This document shows positions 26,687-36,958 of a stretch of DNA of 64,000 nucleotides, piece after piece. Within the stretch, counting starts at the first letter, position 1. Every line of letters starts with the position of its first letter. The notes beneath the pieces were generated by a model. The model was not told the DNA's origin and did no database searches. It saw only the letters and a list, made by a program, of their open reading frames with translations. This DNA comes from Eubacteriales bacterium. GTDB lineage: Bacteria > Bacillota > Clostridia > Oscillospirales > CAG-272. The position numbers were made by a program, and so were the translations under genes. The stretch covers positions 13,639 through 77,638 of the forward strand of contig JAZOUO010000035.1 in assembly GCA_045658225.1 (NCBI GenBank). Reading direction: 5' to 3'.

Positions 26687-28026
26687 TCCATATCAAAATA
26701 AATTCCACGTGAGTCTGTACAAAGAAGAACTTTATCTTTGCTACATACAAGAAGCTCGCCGAATATGATGTCGCTCTCCTTGAACGTAGTTATTTTCGTT
26801 TTACTATTGAATTTACAAATTCCGTTATTTGTAAGTAAAAATACGTATCCGCCGTACATTTCCATATCCGTAAAGCTTCCACTAATTTTACCCGAATATG
26901 TTTGTTTACCGTTCTTGTTGAGAACAACAAGGGTGTTCTGACCGTTGATGAGGTCGTCCTCAAACAGAAGTGATAATCCACCTTGTGTATGGGATATGTA
27001 TGCGAGCTTGGAACTTGGATATATATATTCACCTATAAGCTTACCTTTAAGATTATACACGCAAACTCTGTCATTATAAAACACTGCGATTCGGTTATTT
27101 GAAACAAAGCTGCAAGTGTATGGCGAGAGATTTCCAACATCAATCTGCGCGTGTACCTTTTTCTTGTTTTGCTTTAGCACCGTAAGTGTTGAGGACATCT
27201 CTCCGTGCTCTGCGGACGAGGATATCACCGCTGTATATTTGCCGTTTTGCGACATCTGCGCAGCTATTACGTATTCGTTTGTAGCATATGCGCTTATACG
27301 GTTGCAGTCGTCATCATAAATATGTGTCACGGAGTTATAATCTTGCGTTTTTTCAACTATAACGAAACCGCCGTCCTCGGACATAGACGCATATGCTATA
27401 GTACCATCAAGTGTCACAGTCTCTATTTTTTTGAAGGAATTATAAATAGAAAATTTACTTCCGCCAAGGTCATACACAATAACGTATTTATTTGACGTAA
27501 TTATGGTGGGATTTGCAAATATATCGCCCGAGGTAAGTGTCACTCTGCCCGTTGCATTAAATATTTTAACCTCGCTTCCCGAGGCGGCAACAAGACCGTT
27601 TTTATAAAGTGCAAAATCATCGTTGGTTGAGGCTTTGGTGTAATTCAAAATATTAGACGGAGCCTCGGAATACGAGTTCATATACCATATATCCATAGCA
27701 GAATAATATATGTTGTTGATACTTAAACGTCCGGAGCTGAATATTACACCTAAAAGTATGGTCAATACCAATGCGATAACTAATATCTTTTTAAGAATAT
27801 TTAACTTTACAGCATAGTCCGCATATCCTGTATCACTTCCGCAGCGAGCTTTAACTATAGCGCGCTCTCCTGACACTATTTTTTGTATAGGAGTCAGGTC
27901 GCGAAGCTTTTCTATATAGAATATTGCCTTGCCAAGAGGATTTACGTCCGCTTCTGCCTTTTGTTTATTTTCTTTCGCGTTATCTTTAGACTTACGCTCT
28001 CTTTTTTTTATAAAAGGCATAACCAT
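26683..28026 (-). CDS. hypothetical membrane-anchored protein with beta-rich ectodomain (DUF5711-like from memory)
   Basis: Basic N-terminus, one TM ('ILVIALVLTILLGVIF'), then ~330 residues of repetitive beta-strand-like sequence. 4-nt overlap with cvpA. Confidence 0.6.
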   Translation of the reverse strand: MVMPFIKKRERKSKDNAKENKQKAEADVNPLGKAIFYIEKLRDLTPIQKIVSGERAIVKARCGSDTGYADYAVKLNILKKILVIALVLTILLGVIFSSGRLSINNIYYSAMDIWYMNSYSEAPSNILNYTKASTNDDFALYKNGLVAASGSEVKIFNATGRVTLTSGDIFANPTIITSNKYVIVYDLGGSKFSIYNSFKKIETVTLDGTIAYASMSEDGGFVIVEKTQDYNSVTHIYDDDCNRISAYATNEYVIAAQMSQNGKYTAVISSSAEHGEMSSTLTVLKQNKKKVHAQIDVGNLSPYTCSFVSNNRIAVFYNDRVCVYNLKGKLIGEYIYPSSKLAYISHTQGGLSLLFEDDLINGQNTLVVLNKNGKQTYSGKISGSFTDMEMYGGYVFLLTNNGICKFNSKTKITTFKESDIIFGELLVCSKDKVLLCTDSRGIYFDME

Positions 28027-28053
28027 ACCTCCCTTCTGAAAATTTGTTTATGT

Positions 28054-28812
28054 TTAATACTGTACTTTATTAAGATACAATCCGTGCGCGGGTGCTGTCA
28101 TTCCTGCGCGGCCTCTATCGCAAGACTCTATTATATCCTTTATCTCATTGGGGGATATTTTTCCCTCTGCTACCGAGATAAGCGTACCTGTAAGTATTCT
28201 CACCATATTGTAGAGAAATCCGTCTGCGGCCACTCGGAATACAACAACGTCACCCTGACGCTCAACGCTTGCATAATAAATATTACGAACAGTACTCTCA
28301 ACCTTTGAGCCTTGAGCCATAAATGCTGAAAAATCGTGAACGCCTTGCAGATTTTGAGCCGCCTTATTCATATTATCAAACGCAACCTCCGATATAACTC
28401 TAGGATAGTGAAGGCTTCTGCCTTCTTCAAAGGGATCACGCTCGCGTCTGTTATATATGCGATAGATATATTCCTTGTATTTTACGTCATATCGTGGGTG
28501 AAAATCATCGTCACGCCAATCAGCGCCCCACACCGCAATATCGGGTGGCAAATGTGCATTCATAGCGCTGGGGATTTTTTCTGCCGATATATGAGTATCA
28601 AGTGTGTCATCGCCCTTTTTGGTGACCGTTGCGCAGAACATATTTGCGTGCACTCCGCTATCCGTTCGACTGCATCCCGTAATATCACAGTCAAAACCGA
28701 ACAGCTCCTGCGCGGCGCGGCAAAGCTCGCCCTGCACTGTACGGCGCTCAGGTTGTACTTGATAACCGCAAAAATCACTGCCAAGATAGGACAAATAAAG
28801 AAGTAATTTCAT
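28054..28812 (-). CDS. truA: tRNA pseudouridine(38-40) synthase
   Basis: 'YLGSDFCGYQVQP' and 'GCSRTDSGVHA' catalytic-Asp motif. Downstream of the ecf genes, as in many Firmicutes. Confidence 0.92.
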   Translation of the reverse strand: MKLLLYLSYLGSDFCGYQVQPERRTVQGELCRAAQELFGFDCDITGCSRTDSGVHANMFCATVTKKGDDTLDTHISAEKIPSAMNAHLPPDIAVWGADWRDDDFHPRYDVKYKEYIYRIYNRRERDPFEEGRSLHYPRVISEVAFDNMNKAAQNLQGVHDFSAFMAQGSKVESTVRNIYYASVERQGDVVVFRVAADGFLYNMVRILTGTLISVAEGKISPNEIKDIIESCDRGRAGMTAPAHGLYLNKVQY

Positions 28813-28824
28813 AAGAATCCTTTG

Positions 28825-29649
28825 TCAATTGATAGTATATCCAATGGAAATAATATTTATTACCACAATGCCGCTAATGAATATCACCATTGCTGCAAGG
28901 GCAATAAAATCTCTGTATGAGAGTTTCAGCACCGTCATTCTGGTTCTTCCCTCGCCGCCACGATAACAACGGCAGGTCATAGCGGTCGCAAGATCTCCCG
29001 CGCGTCTGAACGCGGATACAAACAGTGGTATGATAATGGGTATGAGCGCCTTTATGCGCTTTGTAATCGGGCCGTTTGAGAAGTCAGTGCCTCTCGCCTT
29101 CTGCGCAGCCATTATCTTCTCCGTCTCCTCAACTATAGTGGGAATAAAGCGAAGAGCTATGGTCATCATCATAGCAAACTCATGCACGGGTACGTGAAGC
29201 ACCTTGAGGGGTGAGAAAAGTCTCTCTATCGCATCCGTGAGCTGTATGGGTGTGGTCGTGTACGTAAGGAAAATACTTGTACCTATTATCATTGCAAGTA
29301 TTCTTACCACAATAAACAACGCGTTATATATTCCGCTTTCATATATCTCAATAAATTTCCATTTAAGCAAAGGTTCCTCTGCCTCTCCCTTAGTGAGAAA
29401 AATATTGATTATTGCCGTAAATATAATGATGAACATTATGGCTTTAATTGATTTGAGGACAATTCTCATAGGGATTTTGCTAAGCAGAATCATTATGACA
29501 GTTGACACCAAAAGCAAAGCAAAGGCTATGACGTTTTTGCAGAGAAATCCTGCAACTATATAGGCTATTGCCAAAATAAACTTCATTCTGGGGTCAAGAC
29601 GGTGCATGACCGAGCCCGAGGGATAATACTGACCTAATGCTACGTTCAT
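28825..29649 (-). CDS. ecfT: energy-coupling factor transporter transmembrane component
   Basis: Polytopic protein with 'ALRFIPTIVEETEKIMAAQKARG' coupling-helix motifs. 4-nt overlap with ecfA2. Confidence 0.9.
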   Translation of the reverse strand: MNVALGQYYPSGSVMHRLDPRMKFILAIAYIVAGFLCKNVIAFALLLVSTVIMILLSKIPMRIVLKSIKAIMFIIIFTAIINIFLTKGEAEEPLLKWKFIEIYESGIYNALFIVVRILAMIIGTSIFLTYTTTPIQLTDAIERLFSPLKVLHVPVHEFAMMMTIALRFIPTIVEETEKIMAAQKARGTDFSNGPITKRIKALIPIIIPLFVSAFRRAGDLATAMTCRCYRGGEGRTRMTVLKLSYRDFIALAAMVIFISGIVVINIISIGYTIN

Positions 29650-30506
29650 TTCGCGTCACCTCCAAACATACAAAGAAGTGCGCTTTCCACCGCCTCAACG
29701 GTATATATATTACGTCCGAGATTTATTCCAAGGGCTTCAAGCTCAAGCACAAGCTCGGTTATCTGTGGAATATTGAGTCCCATAGACTTCAGCTCCTCGC
29801 CTCTTGAAAATATTTCATCCTTAGAGCCCTGCATTGCAAGCTCGCCCTCATTCATAACTATAAGCTCATCGCAGTACTTTGCCATATCCTCCATACTGTG
29901 ACTGACTATGATGACCGAAGCGTTATTTTCTCTTGCGTATCTGCAAATTCCCTCAAAAATAGAATTTCTTCCCGCAGGGTCAAGTCCTGCTGCGGGCTCG
30001 TCAAGCACAAGCACCTCGGGACTCATAGCCATAACTCCCGCTATTGCCGCGCGGCGCTTTTGTCCGCCCGACAGATCAAATGGCGATTTGTCAAGCATAG
30101 ATAATTCAAGCCCCACAAAATCTGCCGCAAGCATTACGCGACTCTTTATTTCGGCATCCTCAAGCCCCATATTTTTCGGCCCGTATGCTATATCCTTGAA
30201 AACTGTATCCTCAAAAAGCTGATATTCGGGATACTGCATTACAAGTCCGACCTTGAATCTTACCTTTCCTATCTCCTTCGGGTTTTCCCATATATCCTTG
30301 CCGTCAAGCAGAATTCTACCCTCGGTGGGTTTTACAAGTCCGTTGAACATCTGCACAAGCGTTGATTTTCCCGAGCCCGTGTGACCTATAATTCCCGTTA
30401 TGCAATTTTCTTTTATTTCTGCATTTACGCCCTTTAGAGCCTTTACCTCAAAAGGAGTTTTCGGGCTGTAAATGTAAGACACATTTTCAATTGTAAGCTT
30501 TGGCAT
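29646..30506 (-). CDS. ecfA2: energy-coupling factor transporter ATPase (second)
   Basis: 'GHTGSGKST', 'LSGGQKRRAAIAG' and 'VLDEPAAGLD'. Confidence 0.9.
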   Translation of the reverse strand: MPKLTIENVSYIYSPKTPFEVKALKGVNAEIKENCITGIIGHTGSGKSTLVQMFNGLVKPTEGRILLDGKDIWENPKEIGKVRFKVGLVMQYPEYQLFEDTVFKDIAYGPKNMGLEDAEIKSRVMLAADFVGLELSMLDKSPFDLSGGQKRRAAIAGVMAMSPEVLVLDEPAAGLDPAGRNSIFEGICRYARENNASVIIVSHSMEDMAKYCDELIVMNEGELAMQGSKDEIFSRGEELKSMGLNIPQITELVLELEALGINLGRNIYTVEAVESALLCMFGGDAK

Positions 30507-30527
30507 TTATGCCGTCACCTCCTCATG

Positions 30528-31397
30528 TCAGTTTCTCTCTCCAAGCGCGTCTGCTAATGCTTTCGCGCAATTTTCGGGAGTGTTTGACTCCCCTTTTATT
30601 TTTATTCCCTTTTTCTTGAGTCTTTCTGCAAGGTCGATACACTGCGGCAGATCAAGTCCTGCGGCGCGGAGTATCTCGGACTGTGCAAAGACCTCTCTCG
30701 GCGTGCCGTTAAGTATGACAGAGCCGTTGTTGAATACAATTATCCTGTCAGCTCTCGCCGCCTCGTCCATATAGTGAGTTATATTGACCGTTGTAATATT
30801 CATTTCACGGTTGAGCTTTTCAATAGTTGATATGACCTCGCGTCTACCTATTGGGTCAAGCATAGCGGTTGACTCGTCAAATATCATACACTCGGGCATC
30901 ATAGCAATAATTCCCGCAATAGCTACTCTTTGCTTCTGACCGCCCGAAAGTCTGTGCGGCTCGTGCTTGGCGTATTTAGTCATACCTACCGTTGCAAGCG
31001 CATCATCAACACGGCTACGTATTTCCTCTCTGGGAAGCCCGAGATTTTCAGGACCGAAAGCTACGTCCTCCTCTACTATCGTGGCTACGAGCTGATTGTC
31101 GGGGTTTTGGAACACCATTCCCACTCTCTTGCGTATCTCATAGGTCTCATCCTCAGTCATATCTTCGCTAAGAATGTTTTTGCCATCTATAAGGATGCTT
31201 CCGTCAAGATAATCGTAGTCGTCTATAACCATTGTGAGAAGCTTTGCAAACGTAGATTTTCCCGAGCCGTTGTGGCCGAGAATAGCAACGTATTCTCCCT
31301 TTTGAATGTCAAACGAGAGATTGTTCAGCGCGCGAACGGGCGTGTCCTCATTTTCGCTGTATGCATAACTTAAATTTTTAACTTCGATAAAAGCCAT
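30528..31397 (-). CDS. ecfA1: energy-coupling factor transporter ATPase (first)
   Basis: 'GHNGSGKST', 'LSGGQKQRVAIAG' and 'IFDESTAMLD'. ATG 31397 (MAFIEVKNLSY) is the usual N-terminus. Confidence 0.9.
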   Translation of the reverse strand: MAFIEVKNLSYAYSENEDTPVRALNNLSFDIQKGEYVAILGHNGSGKSTFAKLLTMVIDDYDYLDGSILIDGKNILSEDMTEDETYEIRKRVGMVFQNPDNQLVATIVEEDVAFGPENLGLPREEIRSRVDDALATVGMTKYAKHEPHRLSGGQKQRVAIAGIIAMMPECMIFDESTAMLDPIGRREVISTIEKLNREMNITTVNITHYMDEAARADRIIVFNNGSVILNGTPREVFAQSEILRAAGLDLPQCIDLAERLKKKGIKIKGESNTPENCAKALADALGERN

Positions 31398-31420
31398 TTT
31401 TTTCTCCGATAATAACTTTC

Positions 31421-32299
31421 TTATTTTTTGAACCAACGTGAGCTTGCGCCGCAAGGCAGATATGCTCCCGTCTGCGTCACACGAAGTCCAAGCTCTCCTG
31501 ATTCAATCTTTCCGCCGTAAACACTCTTAACCTTAAGCTCAAGAATATAGCTCATTGTTAAGGGAGAGAGTCCCGTGGTATATGAATTTACAAGGAAGAA
31601 TAGCGGATCGTCTGAAAGAAGCTGTGCGGCAAGAGTTATAAACTCGTCGATGCTGTCCTCAAGCTTCCATACCTCGCCCGAAGGTCCTCTACCGTATGAG
31701 GGCGGGTCCATAATAATACCGTCATATTTGTTGCCGCGTCTTATCTCGCGCTCAACAAACTTTTTGCAATCGTCAACTATATAGCGGATAGGCGCACTCT
31801 CAAGTCCCGAGAGCGCGGCGTTTTCCTTTGCCATAGCGACCATTCCCTTGGATGCGTCAACGTGAACTACCTGCGCACCTGCCTCAGCAGCCGCCATAGT
31901 CGCTCCGCCCGTGTAGGCAAAGAGGTTGAGCACCTTTATCTGTCGGCTCGGTTCTTTAGCTTTGGCACGCTTTATTATGTCCGAAAACCAGTCCCAGTTT
32001 GCCGCCTGCTCGGGAAAAAGTCCCGTATGCTTAAAGCCCATAGGCTTCAGCGTAAAGCCGAGATTTTTATAGGATATATTCCACGACTCAGGAGTTTTCT
32101 GCTTAACCCAGCCGCCCCCACCGTTGTTAGAACGGCGATAAATTCCGTCGGCGTTTTTCCACGCAGGATGTCTTGCCGCGTTTTTCCATATTATTTGAGG
32201 ATCGGGACGGATGAGTATGTATTTTCCCCATCTCTCAAGTCGCTCTCCGTCGGAGGCGTCAAGTAATTCATAGTCCTTCCAATTTTCACTGCACCACAT
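31421..32299 (-). CDS. class I SAM-dependent methyltransferase (RlmI/YwbD-like rRNA methyltransferase)
   Basis: 'VLNLFAYTGGATMAAA' SAM motif and 'IIMDPPSYGRG' motif IV. ATG 32299 avoids overlap with ruvC. Confidence 0.8.
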   Translation of the reverse strand: MWCSENWKDYELLDASDGERLERWGKYILIRPDPQIIWKNAARHPAWKNADGIYRRSNNGGGGWVKQKTPESWNISYKNLGFTLKPMGFKHTGLFPEQAANWDWFSDIIKRAKAKEPSRQIKVLNLFAYTGGATMAAAEAGAQVVHVDASKGMVAMAKENAALSGLESAPIRYIVDDCKKFVEREIRRGNKYDGIIMDPPSYGRGPSGEVWKLEDSIDEFITLAAQLLSDDPLFFLVNSYTTGLSPLTMSYILELKVKSVYGGKIESGELGLRVTQTGAYLPCGASSRWFKK

Positions 32300-32312
32300 A
32301 TATTTTCTCCAA

Positions 32313-32813
32313 TTATTTTTTGTTGTAGTATTGAGACAGACGCGAGCAACCCGAGTGCGCGTGGCACACGGCAATCGCTAACGCGTCGGCGGTATCGTCG
32401 GGCTTTGGGGGCGCTGGCAGACCTAAAAGGCTTGTCACCATTACTATGACCTGCTTTTTCTCCGCGCGTCCGTATCCGACAACCGCCTGCTTTACTTGCA
32501 AGGGCGTATATTCCGCAATGGTAAGTCCCGCAAGCTTTGCCGAGAGAAGTATCACTCCTCTTGCCTCGGCGACGAGTATTGCCGTGGTCGTATTTGTATT
32601 AAAAAACAATTCCTCGACGGCTATCTGATCGGGCTTGTACTTCTCGATTATCTCGTTCATTCCGCGATACACCATCAAAAGACGCTCCGACGGTTCAAGT
32701 CCTGCGGGGGTATTTATCGATCCGTATCCCAGCACTCTGAATTTCGAGCCGTTATATTCAATTACTCCCCAACCCACGATTGCATATCCGGGATCTATTC
32801 CGAGAATTATCAT
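32313..32813 (-). CDS. ruvC: crossover junction endodeoxyribonuclease RuvC
   Basis: '[18 protein letters not shown]' and '[12 protein letters not shown]'. ATG 32813. Confidence 0.92.
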   Translation of the reverse strand: MIILGIDPGYAIVGWGVIEYNGSKFRVLGYGSINTPAGLEPSERLLMVYRGMNEIIEKYKPDQIAVEELFFNTNTTTAILVAEARGVILLSAKLAGLTIAEYTPLQVKQAVVGYGRAEKKQVIVMVTSLLGLPAPPKPDDTADALAIAVCHAHSGCSRLSQYYNKK

Positions 32814-32949
32814 CAAATGTCCTTTCCGAGCAAATTTTTGCAATACTGCCCCATTTTCAATTCTCTATATTATAACACACTATTTTGATAATGTCAAATA
32901 TATTTTTAATTATATTTGTTAATTAAAGGAAAATTTATATTAAAAACCG

Positions 32950-32978
32950 TTTACAATCCCGAAAGTTTGTGGTATAAT
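32950..32978 (+). promoter_or_regulatory. sigma-A promoter for the DUF951-yfhO-ruvAB transcription unit
   Basis: TTTACA, a 17-nt spacer, then TATAAT with TG at -15/-14 (TGTGGTATAAT). Confidence 0.6.
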
Positions 32979-33015
32979 TTATGATGTTGAATTATTGCTT
33001 GCGGAGGGACTTTTT

Positions 33016-33201
33016 ATGAAAATACTTAAGATTGACGTCGGAGACGTTATTGAACTAAAAAAAGAGCATCCCTGCGGAGGTAAGCTTTTCAAAATTTTGC
33101 GTGTTGGCAGCGAGGTTCGCATCGTGTGTCAGAATTGCGGACACGATATGACTCTCGGCCGCGAAAAGCTTGAAAAAGCTATAAAAAAGATCAATCCATA
33201 A
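33016..33201 (+). CDS. small DUF951-family protein (zinc-ribbon-like CxxC pair)
   Basis: 'MKILKIDVGDVIELKKEHPCGG...IVCQNCGHDMTL', 61 aa. GGAGGG lies 7 nt before the ATG. Confidence 0.7.
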   Translation: MKILKIDVGDVIELKKEHPCGGKLFKILRVGSEVRIVCQNCGHDMTLGREKLEKAIKKINP

Positions 33202-33213
33202 AAATCAGGGGAA

Positions 33214-36200
33214 ATGAAACTGATGAAAAAAAACAAAGTTCAAGATTTACAAAACAATGACATAGAACTCGCCGATGCTATCCCTACTCAAAAGCCTTGG
33301 AATCTCATTCTGAGTAAGCTTAAGGAATACAGATATCTCGGCATTTCAGGACTTATTTCTGCGGTAGCTGTCCTTCTCATTTATATGATTGTCACCGGTG
33401 GACTTTTCCCCATCGGAGACGGCACTACCCTTATACTTGACTTAAACGCACAGTACGTGTATTTCTTCTCTGCTCTGAGAAATGCGATATTTGGAGATGG
33501 CGAGCTTCTTTATTCATTTTCACGTTCGCTTGGCGGAGAGTTTTTGGGCATATACGCATACTATCTCGCGAGCCCGCTTTCATACCTTGTATGTCTGTTC
33601 CCGGCAGATAAAATGCAGGAGTTTGCATTGCTTTTGCTTATGCTCAAGTCTGCCCTTGGCGGCATGACTATGGGGTACTATCTGCACAAGCATTCCGAAA
33701 AGCTCAATAAGCTTACGATAGTTGCATTCTCTCTTCTTTATTCCTTGTGTGCGTACTGCATAGTATATCAGACAAACACAATGTGGATGGATGCAGTTAT
33801 ATGGCTTCCTCTTCTGACTCTCGGAATAGAGTCACTTATAAAATACGGCAAGTACAAGCTTTTCGTTGTATCTCTTACTCTCACGATAGCGAGCAACTAT
33901 TATATCGGATATATGTGTTGTATATTCGTAGCTCTGTACTTTTTCTACTATATGTTTGCGCACAAAGATGATTTTGCAAACAATCCTATGCGCGAAAAAT
34001 CGCATTTTGTAAAATCCCTTTTGAGAATAGCGATATTTTCAATCATCGCGGTATGTATAGCGGCAGTCATTATATTTAGCGCCTATTACTCACTTTCGTT
34101 CGGAAAAACCGAATTTTCCGACTCTGATTTCGATATATCAACCCGAATAACCTTCTTTGATGTCATATTCAAGTTCTTCCCCGGCTCGTATGACACCATT
34201 GACAATATGAACGCCACTGCAACCTCGCCGTCAACTGGCGCGTTTCCCTTTATTTACTGCGGAGTTATAACCCTGCTTTTAGCGCCTGCATTCTTCCTCT
34301 CAAAGAAGTTTTCTCTTAAGGAGAAGATCGCATCGGCTGTATTTATCGGTTTCTTTATCCTCAGCTTTATTATTTCCACTCTTGATCTTATATGGCACGG
34401 ATTCCAGTATCCCAACTGTCTCCAGAACAGATATAGCTTTATGCTCTGCTTCTTCCTTGTTATTCTTGCATTCAAGGCGTTTGAAAACATTGAAGAGACC
34501 AGTGTCAAGCTGGGCGTGTTTATATCCGCAATTTTCTGGGGCTCGTTTGCGATAATCATTCAAAAGCTTGCTCCCGAGATAACGGAGGGTATACAGAAGA
34601 TAAACGGCAAATTTGAGCTTGGCAATTTCCAGTTTGCCCTATTTGCCTTGATAATGATAGCGGTCTATCTTATAATCATTGCCATTGCACGAAGCGCAAA
34701 TAATAAAAACCTTGTTTCTGCTGTTTTGCTTGTAGTTATAACAGTCGAGCTTACACTCAACGGTATATCCAACGTTGACGATTTTGGAGAGGATTTCGGC
34801 TTTTCGACATACTCAAGATACGACAACTTTCAGGACATAATGTATCCTATAATTGATACTGTCAAGGATAACGATAGCTCATTCTACCGTATGGAAAAAA
34901 CCGTGTATCGCCAGCCTAACGACAATATGCAGTTCGGCATAAGAGGCGTGGCTAACAGCACGTCTACTCTTAACGCATCTGCAATTCAGTTTATTCAAAT
35001 GATGGGATATTCGGCACGCGCACAGTGGTCACTTTATCTCGGTGGAAACCCTGTTAATGACTCCTTGCTTGGTATTAAATATATCGTCACAGACAGAGAC
35101 CTGAGCGAATTTTACGGCGACCCCGTCTATACCGCAGAGGAATTCGCGGCGCACGAGGGCATCTCTGTTGAGGAGCTTATAGAAGAAACTATCGCAGATG
35201 ATACTGATTCGGGAAAATATAAAGGTAAGTCGGCAGCGGATTACGTTGTATATAAGAACCCTTACGCTCTCTCACTTGGATTTGCGGCAAGCAATGACGT
35301 TATTGACTTCAATATGAAGGCATATAACACCTACCTTCCCGAAACAGATGAAAAATACAATAACGGCGGCTATACAAATCCCTTTGAAAGACTTAACGCT
35401 CTTTATACCGCACTTCTTGGTGAGGATGAAACTGTTCAGATATTCAAACCCGCAACACAAAACAATGTCACCTATACAAGTAATATAACCTACGGAGTTT
35501 CCAAGGGATCTCTTGATGACTCAATAATACACCACAGATACACAGGTGAGGGTGGAAGCATCACATATGACTACACCGTTCCCGAAAACACAACTCTTTA
35601 TCTGTATCTCCCTGCTTATTACACCCGTCAGGTAAAGCTTTCGGCGAGCAGTCCTATTGCAGACGGCACAAATAATTTCGGAAGCAACGTATCAATAAAC
35701 CCCACGCTTCGCATAGTTGAGCTTGGAAAGTCCGACATGAATGATTATCAGTTTACCGTGACGATAAACAACTCCTACAATCAATTTTACGTTCAGGAGC
35801 AGGAGTCATATATCTACTATATCGACACAGAGCTTCTCTCTCAGGTAACCCAAAGATTGCAAAAGAACGAGCTTGTTATTGACAAGCATACAGAAAGTAG
35901 TTTTGAGGGTAGTATTTCCACAGAAAACAACAATCAGATGGTGCTCACAACTATAACGTACGACAAGAATTGGGATGTTTATGTTGACGGCAAGAAGGTT
36001 GAAACCTTTGATGCGATAGACACAACTCCCGGCAAGGACGGCGGCGGTGCCTTGCTTGCCTTTGAGATTGAGGATGCAGGTAATCACACAATCCGTATGG
36101 TATACAGACCTAAAATTGTGACGGTTGGACTTATAATATCCTGTGTTGCAATAATAGTTTTCGTCCTGATCTGGATATTTGAAAAAAAGCTTATGCGAAT

Positions 36201-36318
36201 TCAGCCATTCAGAACTGTTCTCTGCATTGAGAATAACTCCGAGGACACCCATTCTGAAATAAACGACAAAAAGCATTCTCAACCGCCAAAAAACGCAAAG
36301 AATAAGCGAAAGGACTGA
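33214..36318 (+). CDS. YfhO family membrane protein (GT-C-like glycosyltransferase)
   Basis: 1034 aa. The N-terminal polytopic part has 'LDLNAQYVYFFSALRNA...YAYYLASPLSYL', followed by a large extracytoplasmic domain and a C-terminal TM. Confidence 0.85.
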   Translation: MKLMKKNKVQDLQNNDIELADAIPTQKPWNLILSKLKEYRYLGISGLISAVAVLLIYMIVTGGLFPIGDGTTLILDLNAQYVYFFSALRNAIFGDGELLYSFSRSLGGEFLGIYAYYLASPLSYLVCLFPADKMQEFALLLLMLKSALGGMTMGYYLHKHSEKLNKLTIVAFSLLYSLCAYCIVYQTNTMWMDAVIWLPLLTLGIESLIKYGKYKLFVVSLTLTIASNYYIGYMCCIFVALYFFYYMFAHKDDFANNPMREKSHFVKSLLRIAIFSIIAVCIAAVIIFSAYYSLSFGKTEFSDSDFDISTRITFFDVIFKFFPGSYDTIDNMNATATSPSTGAFPFIYCGVITLLLAPAFFLSKKFSLKEKIASAVFIGFFILSFIISTLDLIWHGFQYPNCLQNRYSFMLCFFLVILAFKAFENIEETSVKLGVFISAIFWGSFAIIIQKLAPEITEGIQKINGKFELGNFQFALFALIMIAVYLIIIAIARSANNKNLVSAVLLVVITVELTLNGISNVDDFGEDFGFSTYSRYDNFQDIMYPIIDTVKDNDSSFYRMEKTVYRQPNDNMQFGIRGVANSTSTLNASAIQFIQMMGYSARAQWSLYLGGNPVNDSLLGIKYIVTDRDLSEFYGDPVYTAEEFAAHEGISVEELIEETIADDTDSGKYKGKSAADYVVYKNPYALSLGFAASNDVIDFNMKAYNTYLPETDEKYNNGGYTNPFERLNALYTALLGEDETVQIFKPATQNNVTYTSNITYGVSKGSLDDSIIHHRYTGEGGSITYDYTVPENTTLYLYLPAYYTRQVKLSASSPIADGTNNFGSNVSINPTLRIVELGKSDMNDYQFTVTINNSYNQFYVQEQESYIYYIDTELLSQVTQRLQKNELVIDKHTESSFEGSISTENNNQMVLTTITYDKNWDVYVDGKKVETFDAIDTTPGKDGGGALLAFEIEDAGNHTIRMVYRPKIVTVGLIISCVAIIVFVLIWIFEKKLMRIQPFRTVLCIENNSEDTHSEINDKKHSQPPKNAKNKRKD

Positions 36319-36322
36319 TTTT

Positions 36323-36943
36323 ATGTTTCACTATATATCGGGAGAGTTGGCATACTCCTCTCCCACAACGGCAGTAATCGACGTGTGCGGTGTTGGATAC
36401 AAGCTCACAATAAGCGGTAATACCTATGAGATTCTTGCGCGCTCTACTGCTCAAAAGGTAAAGCTTTACACCTATCTCGCCGTACGCGAGGACGGCATTG
36501 AGCTTTTCGGCTTTGGCAGCGAGACTGAGCTTTCAACATTCAAGATGCTGCTTACAGTATCCGGTGTAGGTCCCAAGGCAGCAATCTCTATTCTCTCCTT
36601 GCTCACACCCGAGAAGTTTGCGCTTGCGGTGTGTACCGACGATAAAAAGACTATATCCAAGGCAAGCGGTATAGGTCCTAAGACCGCCGCAAGAATAATA
36701 CTTGAGCTTAAGGACAAGCTCTCAAAGGAAACAAACCTTGACACCTCATTGGCAAGCGCGGTATCCGCAGGAGGAGGCGCGGTTGCGCCCACGTCAAGCG
36801 GAAAGCTCGCAGAGGCACAGGACGCTCTTATGGTGCTTGGCTACAGCAGAGCCGAGGCGCAGAGAGTTCTCTCTTCCCTTGACACCCAGAATATGAACCT
36901 TGAGCAGATAATCAAAGAATCTCTCAAGCAGCTTATGAGATAA
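36323..36943 (+). CDS. ruvA: Holliday junction branch migration complex subunit RuvA
   Basis: 'MFHYISGEL' OB-fold start and two HhH motifs ('VSGVGPKAA', 'ASGIGPKTA'). Confidence 0.93.
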   Translation: MFHYISGELAYSSPTTAVIDVCGVGYKLTISGNTYEILARSTAQKVKLYTYLAVREDGIELFGFGSETELSTFKMLLTVSGVGPKAAISILSLLTPEKFALAVCTDDKKTISKASGIGPKTAARIILELKDKLSKETNLDTSLASAVSAGGGAVAPTSSGKLAEAQDALMVLGYSRAEAQRVLSSLDTQNMNLEQIIKESLKQLMR

Positions 36944-36958
36944 TTTGAGGAGGTAATT